A stretch of DNA of 64,000 bases, taken from the NCBI GenBank assembly GCA_000004695.1, contig CM000152.2, positions 2,080,001 to 2,144,000 on the forward strand, written 5' to 3'. The position numbers and the translations under genes are program-made. Under the pieces are notes generated by a model that saw nothing but the letters and a program-made list of their open reading frames with translations, was not told the origin of the DNA and ran no database searches. Position 1 is the first letter of the stretch. Every line of letters starts with the position of its first letter. This document shows, piece after piece, positions 62,264 through 64,000 of this stretch. The stretch is from Dictyostelium discoideum. Taxonomy: Eukaryota.

Positions 62264-62850
62264 AAAAAGGCAAAACATGGACATATTGAAGGTCAAGGAT
62301 TAGGTAAGGAAAAAGATGGCAGAATTGATTTAATTGAAGTTGATAGATTCCAAAGTACAAAAGGACTTGGATTTGCAGAGAATGATTTACCAGAATTTTA
62401 TAGAGTAACTAAACATATATTAGAGGATGAGGATGTTGATTTTCCATCAAAACAAAGATTTGAATGGATAAGTTGTAATAGTGAAGGTTATAATTTTTGG
62501 GAAGGATTTCCAGTTGATCATACTCTTGTTAAATTTGTTGCTAATGATTCAATAACAGATAAACCAAGAAGAGGTCATTGTTCAGTAGAGTTATTAATGG
62601 AATTAGATCAACATAAAAATGCATTGGATACTTTAGACCCAAATAGATTCTATGTTGCAAGAAAGAAATCAAATCCTTATGAATCAATTAAAGGTTCAAT
62701 CTTTATTAATAGAGCTGCTGTTAAAATGGCAAATATTGATAAATTGGCTGACTTATTAACACCAATTATACCTGTACCTGGTAAACCAGTAAGTATAAAA
62801 TAATAATAAAATAATAATTTATTTTTTTTTTTTTTTTTTTTACTAATTTT

Positions 62851-62891
<41 letters not shown>

Positions 62892-63665
62892 GAGATTTTA
62901 TTTATTTTGGTGATGTTTGTGCAGGACCTGGTGGATTTACAGAATATGTTTATTGGAAGAAAACTAGAGGTGGTAAAATTAAAGGTGAAGAAGGTTTAGA
63001 TTTAGATGATGTTGTAAAAGGATTTGGATTTACAATTAAAGGACAATGTGATTGGAATGTTGAGAAATTTTCAAAACAAATTCCAATTCATAACTTTGTG
63101 AAAGAGTATGGTTTAGATGATACAGGTAACATATTAAAGAGTGAAAATATTAGAGATTTCTCAAGTAAAGTTTTCTATAATACCAATGGATTCGGGTTAC
63201 AATTGTTTTTAGCCGATGGTGGTATAAACACCGATGGTAAGGAGAGTTTACAAGAATTAATGCTTCAACAATTAATTCTTTGTCAAATTTTAACAATGTT
63301 TGAAACTATTGGTAGAGGTGGTAATTTTGTTTGTAAAATTTTCGATACTTTTACTCCATTCACAATTGGTTTACTTTATTTAGTTTATCAACATTTTCAA
63401 TCATTTTCAATTGTTAAACCTTTTACAAGTAGACCTTTAAATTCTGAACGTTATATAATTTGTAAAAATTTCTTATCTTATCGTCCAATGAATATCATTG
63501 ATTTCTTACATTATATAAATTCTTTATTAAATAATAATCAAACAATTTTAGAATTAATTGAAATTAATTCAATGGATCCAAATTTTTTAAGATATATTTT
63601 AGAATCAAATGAATTGTTTGTATTTTTTTATTTTTTTAATTTTATTTTTTTTATTTATTTTACTA

Positions 63666-63705
<40 letters not shown>

Positions 63706-64000
63706 GAATATGTTTAAGACAAATTAAAGCATTTTCTTTATTTAAAAAATATGTTGAAGATATTGAATTACCTCCAATTGATCAAAAAGAAATTAGAGCA
63801 AAATGTTTAGAAGAATGGGGTTTACCAAAAGAAACAAAATATGATATTGAAAATTATCAAAAACATAAAAATAGGCAAAAGCATCACCATAATAATCATA
63901 GTAATAATAATAATAATAATAATAATAGTAATAATAATAATAATAATAATAACCAACACCAACACCAACACCATCAACATCAACATCACCAAAACCAACA
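61927..64000 (+). CDS. Cap-specific mRNA (nucleoside-2'-O-)-methyltransferase 1 (CMTR1/FTSJD1-like: G-patch plus RrmJ/FtsJ methyltransferase), 5' portion; at least four exons, continuing past the window end
   Basis: Exon 1 is 61927..62151 (MLSTMMFQSNQYDEY…acidic…TPKLSFGAKFL, followed by GTATGT). Exon 2 is 62270..62788 (AKHGHIEGQGLGKEKDGRIDLIEVDRFQSTKGLGF, a G-patch, then …KGSIFINRAAVKMANIDKLADLLTP…GKP, followed by GTAAGT). Exon 3 is 62891..63615 (RDFIYFGDVCAGPGGFTEYVYWKK… the K-D-K-E methyltransferase fold …FLADGGINTDGKE…). Exon 4 begins at 63707 (ICLRQIKAFSLFKKYVEDIEL…) and runs off the window into an Asn/His/Gln-rich tract. Intron 3 contains TACTAAC. Confidence 0.8.

Noticed and set aside
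1-64000. Prokaryotic-style features (operons, CRISPR arrays, toxin-antitoxin or defence islands, integrons)
   Set aside because: The window is eukaryotic (Dictyostelium) nuclear DNA with spliced genes, a Pol III tRNA and poly-N/Q proteins. No direct-repeat/spacer architecture or bacterial gene organisation is present.

Overview
This window looks like Dictyostelium discoideum nuclear DNA. Intergenic sequence is about 80-90% A+T with long homopolymer and microsatellite runs, coding regions carry poly-Asn/Gln tracts, and genes are split by short AT-rich introns that start GTAAGT/GTATGT/GTAAAT and end (T)nAG. It is a gene-dense chromosomal segment, not a prokaryotic island, so I found no operons, CRISPR arrays or defence systems. 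I reconstructed about 20 protein-coding genes by splicing the ORF-track pieces by hand. In order: an FHA-domain protein (3' part), a PP2C phosphatase, an LRR protein, a small ankyrin protein, a four-exon dTDP-glucose 4,6-dehydratase (TGDS-like), a 2147-aa Roco kinase (LRR-Roc-COR-kinase with a WD40-like C-terminus and an embedded PH domain), a tRNA-Gly(GCC), cathepsin D, an Old-Yellow-Enzyme flavin oxidoreductase, type III glutamine synthetase, glucosamine-6-P N-acetyltransferase, a RIC1 homolog, a Yos1/IER3IP1 microgene missing from the ORF track, splicing factor YJU2/CWC16, a KChIP/NCS-like EF-hand protein, a PH-HKD-HKD phospholipase D, a large orphan type-I membrane glycoprotein, GCN1, and the 5' part of cap 2'-O-methyltransferase CMTR1. 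Five observations deserve a second look. (1) The RIC1 homolog has two in-frame TAA codons and a 1-nt frameshift inside blocks that otherwise align cleanly to human RIC1. (2) The EF-hand gene can be spliced in frame onto the PH exon of the phospholipase D. (3) The tRNA gene has non-AT-rich, repeat-bearing flanks that look like retroelement debris. (4) Two pairs of direct repeats sit in otherwise unremarkable intergenic DNA. (5) One gene has introns made almost entirely of poly(T). All coordinates were derived by reading the sequence; nothing was searched against databases.
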